From positions 1-55,115 of the forward strand of contig CAZSIU010000002.1 of NCBI GenBank assembly GCA_964607225.1: a stretch of 55,115 bases of DNA, in the 5' to 3' direction. Position numbers and translations under genes: made by a program. Source of the stretch: an uncultured Methanosarcinales archaeon. GTDB lineage: Archaea; Nanobdellota; Nanobdellia; Woesearchaeales; GW2011-AR4. The notes below the pieces were generated by a model that searched no databases, was not told the origin of the DNA, and saw only the letters and a program-made list of their open reading frames with translations. Of this stretch, positions 1-9,343 are shown piece by piece; the stretch's first letter is position 1, and each line of letters opens with the position of its first letter.

Positions 1-387
1 CTTGGAATGAAAGTTTTGTTTGTGCCAAATGCAATAATGTATCATATGCATTCAGCAACTATGCAAAAAAGCTCTTCAGCAAGAAACACATTTTTGTTGG
101 AAAGAAACCTGCTGATTACGTTTTTCAAGAATATAGAGTTAAGAAACATTATTTTATTTATGCCTTATGTTTTGTTTGGAAGATTTACTGCAATTATTAA
201 AGACATTTTAAGCTTTCAGTTAAGGACTGCAATTTCACGGATAAAAGCAATATTCTGGATTTTGTTTAATCTCAAACTAATAATAAAAAAGAGAAATGAA
301 ACACAAAAATTAAGAAAAGTAAATGATAATTATCTATTTGAAATTTTTAGCGAGAAATATTTATTTAAGAAAAAGTTTATTGTTTAG
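1..387 (+). CDS. Partial CDS (5-prime end outside window): C-terminal part of a probable family-2 glycosyltransferase
   Basis: Frame 1 is open from base 1 to TAG at 385-387. The tail (VPNAIMYHMHSAT...ERN...) plus a hydrophobic C-terminus resembles rhamnosyl-type GT2 enzymes. Motif-level only. Confidence 0.45.
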   Translation, partial: LGMKVLFVPNAIMYHMHSATMQKSSSARNTFLLERNLLITFFKNIELRNIILFMPYVLFGRFTAIIKDILSFQLRTAISRIKAIFWILFNLKLIIKKRNETQKLRKVNDNYLFEIFSEKYLFKKKFIV

Positions 388-1879
388 CATAAATTATTGT
401 GCCAGTCTGCTTATTCTCATAAATTTTATTGTAATTGTTTTCCTTTATCTTCAATAAGAAATCCTCATTAGCAATTGCTCTTTTATCCAGCATGAACCTT
501 TGATTAAGCCAGATATAATCTGCTTTATTTAAGTTTTCAATTTTAGGCGTTAAAGTTTGCCTGTCAAAATTATATGATAAGCATTGCCCCCCTGCAATTA
601 TAATGTCACTTTTTTTAGTGTTTTCTCTTACCCATTCAAAATCTTTTTTGTAGGAATTCCATTGCTGTGCAGCCAATGATATCTTTATGGTTTCTGTAAA
701 GATTAAGCCAAATATTATCAAGATCAAAATTATTTGTATAAAGTTTTTGAAATTAAATTTTTTTAATAAATAATCAAAGCCATAAGCCCATAATACTGCA
801 AGAGCCGGAACTGCAGGCAACAGCATTCTTGACACAGACCAGCTTACATTTGCAACGTAAAGCAGGAATAGTATAAGGTATGAAATAATCCAAGCATAAA
901 TCAGATATTTTATCTTTATCCTTTTTATAAAAAATCCAATCGCTAATGGCAAAATAAAAATTAATGTTCCAATTAACCAAATTATCAATAGCAAGTTTAT
1001 GTACGGTATATTAAAAAATAACAAATTTTGAGGATTGCCATCGGGTACACCAAAAAATCCAAGGTAGGTAAATATTATAGTGTTTATATTAAATATGTAA
1101 TCAAAGCCATTAAAATTGCTGTAGGAGGCAGCTTCAAATCCTTTAAATATAAAGTTAAGGAAAGGCCATATAGGGTTGCCTAAAATAAGCCAATTCCTTA
1201 TAAACCAAGGCAACGATATTAATAAAGGAACAAAAGCAGTAATCAATAGATTTCTTAACAACAATTTCTTATCATTTTTATTAATTCTATAAACAAAATA
1301 AAGTAAAACAGGCAATATAAAAATTCCATTATATTTTGTTAGTATGCTTAATCCAGCTACTATTGAAGACAATAGAATTCTTCCATTAACCAAAAAATAT
1401 ACACTTAATACAACAAAAAAAACAAGCATGCTTTCAACATAACTGAATATGCTGTAGTCCATGAACAGAGGCAAGAATGCCATAAACAAGGTTGAATAGA
1501 AAGCAATTTTTGAATTTAATAATTTTTTAATCGTTAAAAAGGAGAAAATTAAGGCTAAGATACCAAATATAGGTGATATAAACTTAATCGCTATATTAGC
1601 TGCATTATAACTAAATAAATTAAAAACAAAGAATATCAAAGCAACAACAAAATGATACAAAGGAGGAGCCCAAAATGGCTCATCTCTTCCAAACTGCTCA
1701 AAAAGAGGTATTTTAAAATTTGAGCCAATATATCTGCCAACAGACAACTGCCAGCAAGCATCACCAGAAACATGGTAAATTGATGTTAGTGATAAAACAA
1801 TTATCGAGAACAATATTACAACATATATTGAATTTTTTGTATATTTTTCCAATTTATTGAATTTTTCAATAAAACTCAT
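377..1879 (-). CDS. Polytopic GT-C-fold glycosyltransferase (PMT_2/ArnT-like, GT39/GT83 type)
   Basis: 500 aa with about 11 predicted TM helices and a soluble C-terminal domain carrying an EWVRENT motif. The N-terminal loop reads ...GDACWQLSVGRY...PPLYH..., typical of ArnT/PMT-type enzymes. Overlaps the next gene by 4 nt. Confidence 0.6.
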   Translation of the reverse strand: MSFIEKFNKLEKYTKNSIYVVILFSIIVLSLTSIYHVSGDACWQLSVGRYIGSNFKIPLFEQFGRDEPFWAPPLYHFVVALIFFVFNLFSYNAANIAIKFISPIFGILALIFSFLTIKKLLNSKIAFYSTLFMAFLPLFMDYSIFSYVESMLVFFVVLSVYFLVNGRILLSSIVAGLSILTKYNGIFILPVLLYFVYRINKNDKKLLLRNLLITAFVPLLISLPWFIRNWLILGNPIWPFLNFIFKGFEAASYSNFNGFDYIFNINTIIFTYLGFFGVPDGNPQNLLFFNIPYINLLLIIWLIGTLIFILPLAIGFFIKRIKIKYLIYAWIISYLILFLLYVANVSWSVSRMLLPAVPALAVLWAYGFDYLLKKFNFKNFIQIILILIIFGLIFTETIKISLAAQQWNSYKKDFEWVRENTKKSDIIIAGGQCLSYNFDRQTLTPKIENLNKADYIWLNQRFMLDKRAIANEDFLLKIKENNYNKIYENKQTGTIIYAKQ

Positions 1880-2880
1880 TTTAACAATTCTATGATTGCA
1901 TTTGCAAATCCTTGAACATCATTTTTCTTTACTAAAATACCATTCTTGACAACTTCTGGATGCGAGCCTATGTTGAAAGCAACAACTTTCTTGCCGCAGG
2001 CCTGAGCCTCTGCCGCTGGAAGGTTAAAGCCTTCCCATTGGGAGCAAGTTACATATACATCGCATGCAGCATAATAAAATGGAAGGTATTCATCAGGAAC
2101 AAAACCGGTGAAAATGACATCTTTACCCGCCAATTTATTTAATTTTTTAAGGTAATTGTTAAAAGTAGGCTTTCCGACAATAATCAGCTTGGAATTTGGT
2201 ATTTTATTTTTTATAACATTAAATGATTTTAATAACAAGTATATGCCTTTGTGAGGAGCAATCCGGCCAACATACAACAAGACTTTTTTGTTTTTTAGAT
2301 TATACTTTTTTATTATTTTATCTCCCTTTACTTTCTTATTGAACCTTTTAGCATCTATTCTGTTGTAAATAACCTTGCTCTTTATTTTTGACTCTTTCCA
2401 TAATTGATTGCTTAAGTACTTGCTTACGGAATAAGCTTCATCAACATTTTTTAAGGTAATATTGTTAAAAAAAAGAAAAATTTTCATGTATACTTTCTGT
2501 AAGAAATTGTCCAACAGACCTGTTGTATTTATGCCATGATCAAAATAAACGTATTTGACTTTATAGTGTTTTTTTGCCCTGTTGGCAATCCAGTTCATCG
2601 GGTAAAAATGGCTTATCACAACATCATAATCTTTTAATTTTTTATAATAACCAATTTTATTGAAATCCAGGAAAAAAAATAGCCTGTACAATCTCTGCCA
2701 GAATACGTTTTTAGGCATGCCAAGCCCAACTATATCATATTTATCTGATTTTATTTTTGCTTCTAATGCTACTACCGTGACTTTGTGGCCTTTTTTTGCA
2801 TAATCCTCTGCCTGCTGCTGCACGACCCGGTCTATACCGCTAAAATGATTGAATGTTGGAGTTAAAATTGCTATTTTCAT
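1876..2880 (-). CDS. GT4 (GT-B, Glycos_transf_1) glycosyltransferase
   Basis: 334 aa. C-terminal EGFNLPAAEAQACGKKVVA matches the E-x7-E signature of retaining GT4 enzymes. The N-terminal Rossmann half starts MKIAILTP. Confidence 0.8.
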   Translation of the reverse strand: MKIAILTPTFNHFSGIDRVVQQQAEDYAKKGHKVTVVALEAKIKSDKYDIVGLGMPKNVFWQRLYRLFFFLDFNKIGYYKKLKDYDVVISHFYPMNWIANRAKKHYKVKYVYFDHGINTTGLLDNFLQKVYMKIFLFFNNITLKNVDEAYSVSKYLSNQLWKESKIKSKVIYNRIDAKRFNKKVKGDKIIKKYNLKNKKVLLYVGRIAPHKGIYLLLKSFNVIKNKIPNSKLIIVGKPTFNNYLKKLNKLAGKDVIFTGFVPDEYLPFYYAACDVYVTCSQWEGFNLPAAEAQACGKKVVAFNIGSHPEVVKNGILVKKNDVQGFANAIIELLK

Positions 2881-2921
2881 ATTTGAATTAATTTTATTTT
2901 TTATTTTTTAATCCGCCTTCG

Positions 2922-3014
2922 GCAAAATTTGTGCTCGGCGTAACTTTTCTACCAGTCGAATGCGAGTGAGCTCGTTTTAACGAGCGAAACTCGCTCACAA
3001 CTCACTGTTACGCC
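2922..3014. repeat. GC-rich hairpin element, copy 1 of a repeat family (other copies at 47143-47347)
   Basis: Outer inverted repeat ggcgtaac (2937-2944) / gttacgcc (3007-3014). Inner hairpin gctcg-ttttaa-cgagc (2970-2985). The 14-mer cagtcgaatgcgag (2953-2966) is the exact reverse complement of 47319-47332. caactcactg (2998-3007) is identical to 47227-47236, and gcaaaattt (2922-2930) to 47143-47151. Confidence 0.6.
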
Positions 3015-3022
3015 TCACCTAT

Positions 3023-3739
3023 TTATACAATTCCTAACAAATGCTGTATTTTCAATTTCAATACCATAAAATAGCCAGCAGCTAATTGAGGAATGCCAAG
3101 CTTTGAGTAGCCTTTTGTTCTGTCTTTAAAAGTTATAGGAATTTCTTTAATTTTAAATCCTTTTAAATGTGCTTTAAACAATACCTCTTGTACAATTGCA
3201 GGGCCTCTTGATTCAAGCTTTTCTGCATTAATTTTTTCTAATACTTCTCTTTTAAAGCATCTAAAGCCAGAGTTGCAGTCCTTTATCTTTATGCCAAGCA
3301 TCAGCTTTATGTAAAGATTTGCAAAATATGTTATCAATTTTCTTAAAAAACTTCTTCCAACTTCTTTTGCGCCTTTAATTCTTCTCGAGCCAATAATCAA
3401 GTCTGCATTTTTCAATTCTTCAAGCATTAATGGAATGCACTTTGGGTCATGACTTAAATCAGCATCCATCTCAACAACAACATCTGCATTATGCTTTAAG
3501 CAGTAAACAAAACCGTCTCTTCCAGCAGAGCCTCTTCCTTTGTCTTTTTTTCTTAATAGAAGATGAACATTCTTATTGTTTCTTGAAATATCCTGAACAA
3601 TCTTCCAAGTCCTGTCAGGGCTGTTGTCGTCAGCGATAACAATATGCAGGTTTTTAATCTTTAATTTTAGGATTTCATCTATCAACTTTCTTATATTTTC
3701 TTTTTCATTGTAGGTTGGAATCATTACAAAGGTTTTCAT
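3023..3739 (-). CDS. GT2 polyprenyl/dolichyl-phosphate hexose synthase (DPM1/AglD-like)
   Basis: 238 aa. Motifs MIPTYNEKENI, ADDNSPDRT and EMDADLSHDP are the classic signatures of dolichol-phosphate mannose/glucose synthases. Confidence 0.8.
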   Translation of the reverse strand: MKTFVMIPTYNEKENIRKLIDEILKLKIKNLHIVIADDNSPDRTWKIVQDISRNNKNVHLLLRKKDKGRGSAGRDGFVYCLKHNADVVVEMDADLSHDPKCIPLMLEELKNADLIIGSRRIKGAKEVGRSFLRKLITYFANLYIKLMLGIKIKDCNSGFRCFKREVLEKINAEKLESRGPAIVQEVLFKAHLKGFKIKEIPITFKDRTKGYSKLGIPQLAAGYFMVLKLKIQHLLGIV

Positions 3740-3740
3740 T

Positions 3741-4751
3741 TTAAATCAATGATTTTACTGCATTAACAATCTCATTTATGTCCCATTCTGGCGGATAATC
3801 ACATTTAGGTTTATATGAGCAATAGTCCTTTCCCTTCCCTATTACTTTTAAACCTCTATTGTATAGCTCAATTTCATTTGCAGAAGTGACATAAAAAAAA
3901 CAAACAAGCTTCTTCTTCAAACCTATTCCAATATGCAAAGCCAAGCTATCACTTGTCACAAGAATATCGCACAAATTAACCAAAGAAACAAATTCCATTA
4001 ATGAATTATCACAGCCAGCATCTATAATTTTTGTTTTAATTAATCTTTTTATTTTTTCATTTCTTCGCTTTTCTTCAGGACCGCCAAAAAGTAATATTTT
4101 AGCATTACTCATTTCTTTATTTAATTTATCAATTAACTCTACGGTTTTTTCAACGCTTAGTTTTTTATCCTGCCATCTTCCTCCAGCACCAGTGTTAATT
4201 CCAACAACCAAGTCTGTTTTTTTAATGTTATTTTTTTGGGCAAATTTTTTTGCAAAATTCAATGATTTTTTATCTAAAACTAATATCGGTTCTTGTTTTT
4301 TGTATTTTAAACCCAGAATTCTGTACATTATTTCTTGATAGGTTTTTTTATTCTTAGCTTTTAATTTATCAGCTTTTTTCTTTCCAAATCTTGAAAGCAA
4401 TCCCATATCAAACCATAAGGAAGAATCTTTTGTATAAGTTTTTTGATTGTCGCTTAAATACGTTCCAACAATTTTCTTAGAATTAATTTCTGCGGCTAAT
4501 TCACAAGCTGAGTCATCATCATCCAAGGATATAACTAAATCATAATTTTTATATTTTAATTTTTTTATTGTATTCTGTTCAATTAAATATATTCTATTTA
4601 TTGAGTTAATATTCTTTAAAACATCAAAAGATTCTTTTTTGGTAATCCAGTCTATTTTGCAGTTTTTATATTTCTTTTTTAGCCCCGGAAGTATGGAAGT
4701 GGTCCTGATAACATCCCCTATAGCACCGAGCTTTATTATCAAAATTTTCAT
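3741..4751 (-). CDS. GT9 family glycosyltransferase (ADP-heptose-dependent heptosyltransferase-like)
   Basis: 336 aa. N-terminal MKILIIKLGAIGDVIRTTSILPGLKKKY, mid GINTGAGGRWQDKKL and C-terminal LVTSDSLALHIGIGLKKKLVCFF are all typical WaaC/WaaF-type GT9 motifs. Confidence 0.75.
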   Translation of the reverse strand: MKILIIKLGAIGDVIRTTSILPGLKKKYKNCKIDWITKKESFDVLKNINSINRIYLIEQNTIKKLKYKNYDLVISLDDDDSACELAAEINSKKIVGTYLSDNQKTYTKDSSLWFDMGLLSRFGKKKADKLKAKNKKTYQEIMYRILGLKYKKQEPILVLDKKSLNFAKKFAQKNNIKKTDLVVGINTGAGGRWQDKKLSVEKTVELIDKLNKEMSNAKILLFGGPEEKRRNEKIKRLIKTKIIDAGCDNSLMEFVSLVNLCDILVTSDSLALHIGIGLKKKLVCFFYVTSANEIELYNRGLKVIGKGKDYCSYKPKCDYPPEWDINEIVNAVKSLI

Positions 4752-4832
4752 TTCTCATATAGAAAAATACAATCAATTTAAAGCTTTTCTTACGTGTAAA
4801 CATTTAAATAGTATTATCCTCCACTGCATTCC

Positions 4833-6428
4833 ATGAAAATCAGCATGAAAAATATTGAGATCATTCTGATTGTTATATTGTACTTATCCGCACTTTATAT
4901 CTGGACATTGCCTATTCAAAAAAATAAGCTGCCGTTTGGGGATGTAGATGCGAGCTCCCACTTTGTAATCGGGGATTATATGGCTACATATGACAAATCA
5001 ATAGCCAAAGTCCCTTATCCTGTTTTTTCCAGGTACGGAGCCCAAAATAGCGCTTTTCCTGGCTATTTTTGGTATCCTCCCCAGTACTGGACTAATACCG
5101 GAATTGCACAAATACTTGGTGGAGAAAGAATAATACCAGTGTTCATCTTTGTTGCAATTTTTAGTTCCATGATAGTAATTTCTTCGTACTACTTAATAAG
5201 AAATTTATTCGGCTTTTGGACTGCTTTTTTATCAAGCTTTTTACTGATTTTTTCTGTAAGGGACTATATGGTTTACTTATGGGGCCAATGGCCGCAATCT
5301 TTATCTTTCGCTTTTACCCCCTTGGTTTTGTACAGCTTTTATCGCTATTATCAGAATTATAAAGAAAATAAAAATAAGGCAATCTATCTTTACATTTTGT
5401 CCTTGTTTTTAGCAGCACAATTTTTTTTCCATCCTCAGGGATTGATAGCCTCTATCTCAGCTTTGATTGCATTTAATCTGATATTATTGGTTAAATATAG
5501 AAAGATTCCATTTAACTTTAAGCATGCATTCATTGCATTTATTATTTTCACTATCATTTCTTCGCTATTTGCACCTTTTAATGTTAAGGACTTCTTGAAT
5601 AGCCTATTGCCAAGCGGACAAAAAGAAGATAAAAGCATAGAAATTGACAAATTGTTTAAATGGTACCAGGGCATAAAAAATGATCCTGGATTACCTGATT
5701 TTTACTTTACTTACAATAGAACTCACGGCTCCTTGAATGGAGGTGTATTATCCTGGTGGACTTTACCATTGCTACTTTTAGGGTTGTTTGTGCTAATGTC
5801 CAGAAGGAATGACAAGGACTTGTTGCTGCTGAGCTGGCTTGTATCCTTTTATTTCCTAACCAGATTAGTGATTTTTGGTGTTGGGGAAAGGGATATAAGA
5901 ATGTTTGCTTATGAAGCTCATGTATTTTACCCTATAATAGCAATCGGGGCAATGTCCATAAACTCTTTTATTCCATTAAAAAATGCTGAAAAATATGGAA
6001 AGTATATTCTTGTCGCTTTATTCTTAATACTAGCAGTATCCATAAATGGAAAATCTGCATATGAAACTCTGGGTGGAATGCAGTACTCTGTTGGCAGGAT
6101 AAACCCTGCACAATATGAAGCAGCAGAATGGATACGAAATAATTTGCCCCAAAATGCCGATATATATGATTTTGGAACATTAGGATACCAATACTATGGG
6201 GGTAAAGTAAAATGGCTAGGTGTTTTATCACAAAGGCATTTTGTTGTTGAGGATAGGGAAATCAACCAGACAGACTATGTTTTTGTTGATTATAGCGATG
6301 TGTTGCTGCTAAAGAGCCAAGAATACGCCAATCTTATTCAAAATTTTGAAACTAGTTTCCAAAATCTGAGACCCGTCTATAATAACAATAATATTAGGAT
6401 ATATGAAGTATCGGGTATGAAAATCTGA
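4833..6428 (+). CDS. Polytopic GT-C-like membrane protein, paralog of 16241-17923
   Basis: 531 aa, more than 10 TM helices plus a soluble C-terminal domain. First-loop acidic motif PFGDVDASSHF. LIFS...WGQWPQSLS and C-terminal EWIRNNLPQNADIY are shared with the 560-aa protein. Confidence 0.5.
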   Translation: MKISMKNIEIILIVILYLSALYIWTLPIQKNKLPFGDVDASSHFVIGDYMATYDKSIAKVPYPVFSRYGAQNSAFPGYFWYPPQYWTNTGIAQILGGERIIPVFIFVAIFSSMIVISSYYLIRNLFGFWTAFLSSFLLIFSVRDYMVYLWGQWPQSLSFAFTPLVLYSFYRYYQNYKENKNKAIYLYILSLFLAAQFFFHPQGLIASISALIAFNLILLVKYRKIPFNFKHAFIAFIIFTIISSLFAPFNVKDFLNSLLPSGQKEDKSIEIDKLFKWYQGIKNDPGLPDFYFTYNRTHGSLNGGVLSWWTLPLLLLGLFVLMSRRNDKDLLLLSWLVSFYFLTRLVIFGVGERDIRMFAYEAHVFYPIIAIGAMSINSFIPLKNAEKYGKYILVALFLILAVSINGKSAYETLGGMQYSVGRINPAQYEAAEWIRNNLPQNADIYDFGTLGYQYYGGKVKWLGVLSQRHFVVEDREINQTDYVFVDYSDVLLLKSQEYANLIQNFETSFQNLRPVYNNNNIRIYEVSGMKI

Positions 6429-6751
6429 TGAAAATAAAAGAAACTTCAATCTTTTATGGATTGCTGCTAATTATAATTATTTTTGGCTCCTTGATTGTAT
6501 TTGGACTTTCCGGAATGAGGACGTTGCTGGGGCTCATATTTGTAATTTTCCTGCCATTTTACCTAATCCTTAAAAATTTTGATCTTAGCCAGACTGAGAG
6601 AGTTGTATTTTCCATGTTTATCAGCTTAATGCTATTCCCATCATTAGTTTATTGGCTGGGGTTTATCATACCTTTTAGAATTTCTATTTTTGTGATATTT
6701 ATATTGCTGATTGCCGTTGCTTTTCTTCTTAATAAATATTACAAAAAATAA
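6428..6751 (+). CDS. Small 3-4-TM membrane protein, partner of the preceding GT-C-like gene; paralog of 15898-16284
   Basis: 107 aa. Its start overlaps the upstream stop (ATGA-type). It shares FLPFYLIL / TER / FIS / YWLG motifs with the 128-aa protein. From memory it resembles the N-terminal membrane module of archaeal DUF1616-type proteins (tentative). Confidence 0.55.
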   Translation: MKIKETSIFYGLLLIIIIFGSLIVFGLSGMRTLLGLIFVIFLPFYLILKNFDLSQTERVVFSMFISLMLFPSLVYWLGFIIPFRISIFVIFILLIAVAFLLNKYYKK

Positions 6752-7198
6752 AAACAAATGTTTCCTGGACTTTTGACACTAAGAACAGCAATGTTATTAA
6801 TAGCACTTATACAATTGTATTGCAGCCAAACGAGGAAATCAAAATGGTTTTTATTATTACTTCTTAAAAACTAGTGCTTTTCAGTATCTCAAAACCACCC
6901 CAACTGCAATAGCAATTTGAAAACATGTTTATATACATTTTGATTTTGGGACTGCAACATCAGCTATATATTGAAAAAATTTATTCTCTATATTTTATTC
7001 ACTATTTTGCCATAGTTTAGGCATTGAGAGATCTTTCAGCATTTTTTCAGAAATGCTTAAATAGGTGCTGTTGTCCATTCCTCTAAAATAAAAGGGGGTG
7101 GTTAAAATAATAGGTTATGTTAGCGTTCCTATTTTAATTTCTTTTAGACTTAATAATATAAAACCATTCTTTCAAAATAAAACCAAGAGGTGTTCTTT

Positions 7199-7810
7199 AT
7201 GAGAATAAATAAACTATTAGTCTTAGTTAGCTTATTGATTTCTATTCTTGCATTAACTGTAGCAAGCCAGATTTCCCAAGTGACAAGCACTATAAGCTTT
7301 GAAGATGTAAAAACATGCAATACTATTTTTTATGATGAAGTGCAGAATGTATATGGCAATTGCATATATTACCATAATTACACAAGCTGCTTAAATACTT
7401 CTGGACTGAATACAGACTGCTCTTTAAATCAGATTCAAAGAAATTTCACATGCAAAACAGGAGAAGATATTGTTAAAAAGAATTCAACAGAATGCAAACC
7501 ATTAAATAAATTTATTGTATCGATTAATAAAGGCTCTTTAATTGAGAAAAAAGAAGTTGATTTTTCTAGTTGGGGTGTTTGTGTACAAAGCACTGAAAAT
7601 AATTGCTTAGCAATTACATGCGGAACTTTAAAAGGTGGCAGTGCAAGAAATGGCATCTTCAATGGTTGCGATGGTGGCAAGTCATGCCAGAAATTTTTGT
7701 TCTGTCCAGATGTAATTAAAGTGCTTTACAAAGATTCTAGAGACGACTTTGTAGCAGAAGATCCTACTTTCAACTTGCCTAAATTAGCCTATAAGGAGGT
7801 GAGACAATGA
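7199..7810 (+). CDS. Secreted cysteine-rich protein, first gene of the surface-protein operon
   Basis: ATG at 7199 is preceded by gaggtg (7187-7192) and a TATA-like taataatataaaa (7151-7163). Signal peptide MRINKLLVLVSLLISILALTVA, many Cys residues and several N-x-S/T sequons. Confidence 0.7.
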   Translation: MRINKLLVLVSLLISILALTVASQISQVTSTISFEDVKTCNTIFYDEVQNVYGNCIYYHNYTSCLNTSGLNTDCSLNQIQRNFTCKTGEDIVKKNSTECKPLNKFIVSINKGSLIEKKEVDFSSWGVCVQSTENNCLAITCGTLKGGSARNGIFNGCDGGKSCQKFLFCPDVIKVLYKDSRDDFVAEDPTFNLPKLAYKEVRQ

Positions 7811-9321
7811 AAAAAGCAATGATTTGGATTTTTGCATTGTTTTTCATACCATTAGCATTTGCAGATACAGGAAATGATATTCTCCATAATTCTACGTGCA
7901 CATGGAATCCTCACAATCTTTCTCTTTGTAACAACACGAAAAGCATTATTGGGACTGACTTATATGGAATAATAACGGGAAACCCTATTTTTAGTGCAAC
8001 AGGAGGATTAACAAAAAGTGGTTATGTTGAGTTTGATGGGAATGATTATATATATTTTGGAAGTGATGAAGCTATATTACATCATAGAACTAACGACCAG
8101 AATTGGTCTGCTCTATGCACTATTTCTACAACAGGCATTACTACTTCTGCCGAGATGGCGGTAATATTTGGAACAATACCAAGTAAAGGAGATGGAGATA
8201 ATGGAGGATGGGGAATATTTATAGATGATAGGCCTGGAACTGATACTGTAGGCTGCGCACTTTCCATAGGCAATGGGTTTAATTTGTTAACTCAAGGAGC
8301 AATAACGTTAGTCAATGATGGCAAAAATCACAGTTTGGCTTGTGTTTGGAATAAAACAGGAGCTCCAGGACATTCCGGCACTTTTTGGCTTGACGGTGTG
8401 AAACAAGCGAATAATACAGTTGCCTATGCACCAAATAAAGCACCTTTTAATTTGACTATTGGAAGTGATAGCGCAGGAATTAGCGCAGCGTTTGGCAGAC
8501 AGAATTATACAGGAAAAATAAGTGAATGTAAATATGTAAATCGTTCTCTTACAGGAGCTGAAATAGTTCATGAGTATAATCAAACTTGGAATGGAACAAT
8601 TAATCAAGAAACTGGCACTACAGTAGGTTCAGATACAACTCCACCAGAGATAACATATTATAATTTATCATCAAGTGACGATGGATGCGAAAGTTGGAAT
8701 ACCAACAAAAATACTGCATGCAGCACTTCAGACCCAACTCCAGTGGTACAATTTAATACCAGCGAGAATGCTTGGTGCGCAATAAGAGGTAATAGCTCTG
8801 CAACTTCAGGCCAAAACTATACAGAGATGGGAAGCTCCAGAAACTGTACAGGAGTTGCTTCTGGCGAAGGCACAAGAGAGCATTTCTGCACATTAACAAA
8901 CCAAGATGAGTTAGTTTATGATACATCTTATATCCATATAAGCTGTAAAGATGCAAGCAACAATCAAAATAGGTCAGGAACAAGCACAAGCGGTGCCTTA
9001 AAGGTTTCTGTAACAAGTTTAGAGACTGATGGCAGAAATTCTATAGGAATAGGCATCCAAAATGCTTTGCTAAGTGGCTACACTAACTACACTGATTTGC
9101 AGATATATGCAAGAAATCTTAGTAATGGACAAGTAAAAGGAACTTTTGATAGAGCTGCAAAGAAAGGCAGCAAGATGTGGGCTTTCAACAGAATTGGAGT
9201 TTCTGATAGCCATGTGAATATGTTTAATCTGACTCCCGTGTTGTATACTTTTGAGTTTGCGAACAAAACCTCTAGCAACATTACTTTAGAGGTTGAGAAG
9301 CTGATTAACGCAACCAAATAG
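7807..9321 (+). CDS. Secreted LamG/concanavalin-A-like lectin-domain protein with a Cys-containing C-terminal beta-rich region
   Basis: Signal peptide MKKAMIWIFALFFIPLAFA. Residues about 55-255 (FDGNDYIYFGSD...LACVWNKTG...FWLDGV...LTIGSD...YTGKISECKYVNRSLTGAEI) match the Laminin_G_3 pattern. About 24 N-x-S/T sequons by hand count. ATGA overlap with the upstream gene. Confidence 0.75.
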   Translation: MKKAMIWIFALFFIPLAFADTGNDILHNSTCTWNPHNLSLCNNTKSIIGTDLYGIITGNPIFSATGGLTKSGYVEFDGNDYIYFGSDEAILHHRTNDQNWSALCTISTTGITTSAEMAVIFGTIPSKGDGDNGGWGIFIDDRPGTDTVGCALSIGNGFNLLTQGAITLVNDGKNHSLACVWNKTGAPGHSGTFWLDGVKQANNTVAYAPNKAPFNLTIGSDSAGISAAFGRQNYTGKISECKYVNRSLTGAEIVHEYNQTWNGTINQETGTTVGSDTTPPEITYYNLSSSDDGCESWNTNKNTACSTSDPTPVVQFNTSENAWCAIRGNSSATSGQNYTEMGSSRNCTGVASGEGTREHFCTLTNQDELVYDTSYIHISCKDASNNQNRSGTSTSGALKVSVTSLETDGRNSIGIGIQNALLSGYTNYTDLQIYARNLSNGQVKGTFDRAAKKGSKMWAFNRIGVSDSHVNMFNLTPVLYTFEFANKTSSNITLEVEKLINATK

Positions 9322-9343
9322 CTTAGGAGGTGATGACAAAGAG

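Noticed and set aside
2922-3014. The GC-rich hairpin element as a Rho-independent terminator for the upstream minus-strand GT2 gene.
   Set aside because: On the minus strand the hairpins are followed by an A-rich rather than a T-rich tract. The same family also occurs in a divergent promoter region (47096-47347), where no terminator is needed.
6758-6874. 38-codon ORF (MFPGLLTLRTAMLLIALIQLYCSQTRKSKWFLLLLLKN) in the 447-nt spacer upstream of the surface operon.
   Set aside because: It is hydrophobic and could be a small membrane peptide. However, I could see no RBS or conservation evidence, and such ORFs arise easily by chance in AT-rich DNA.
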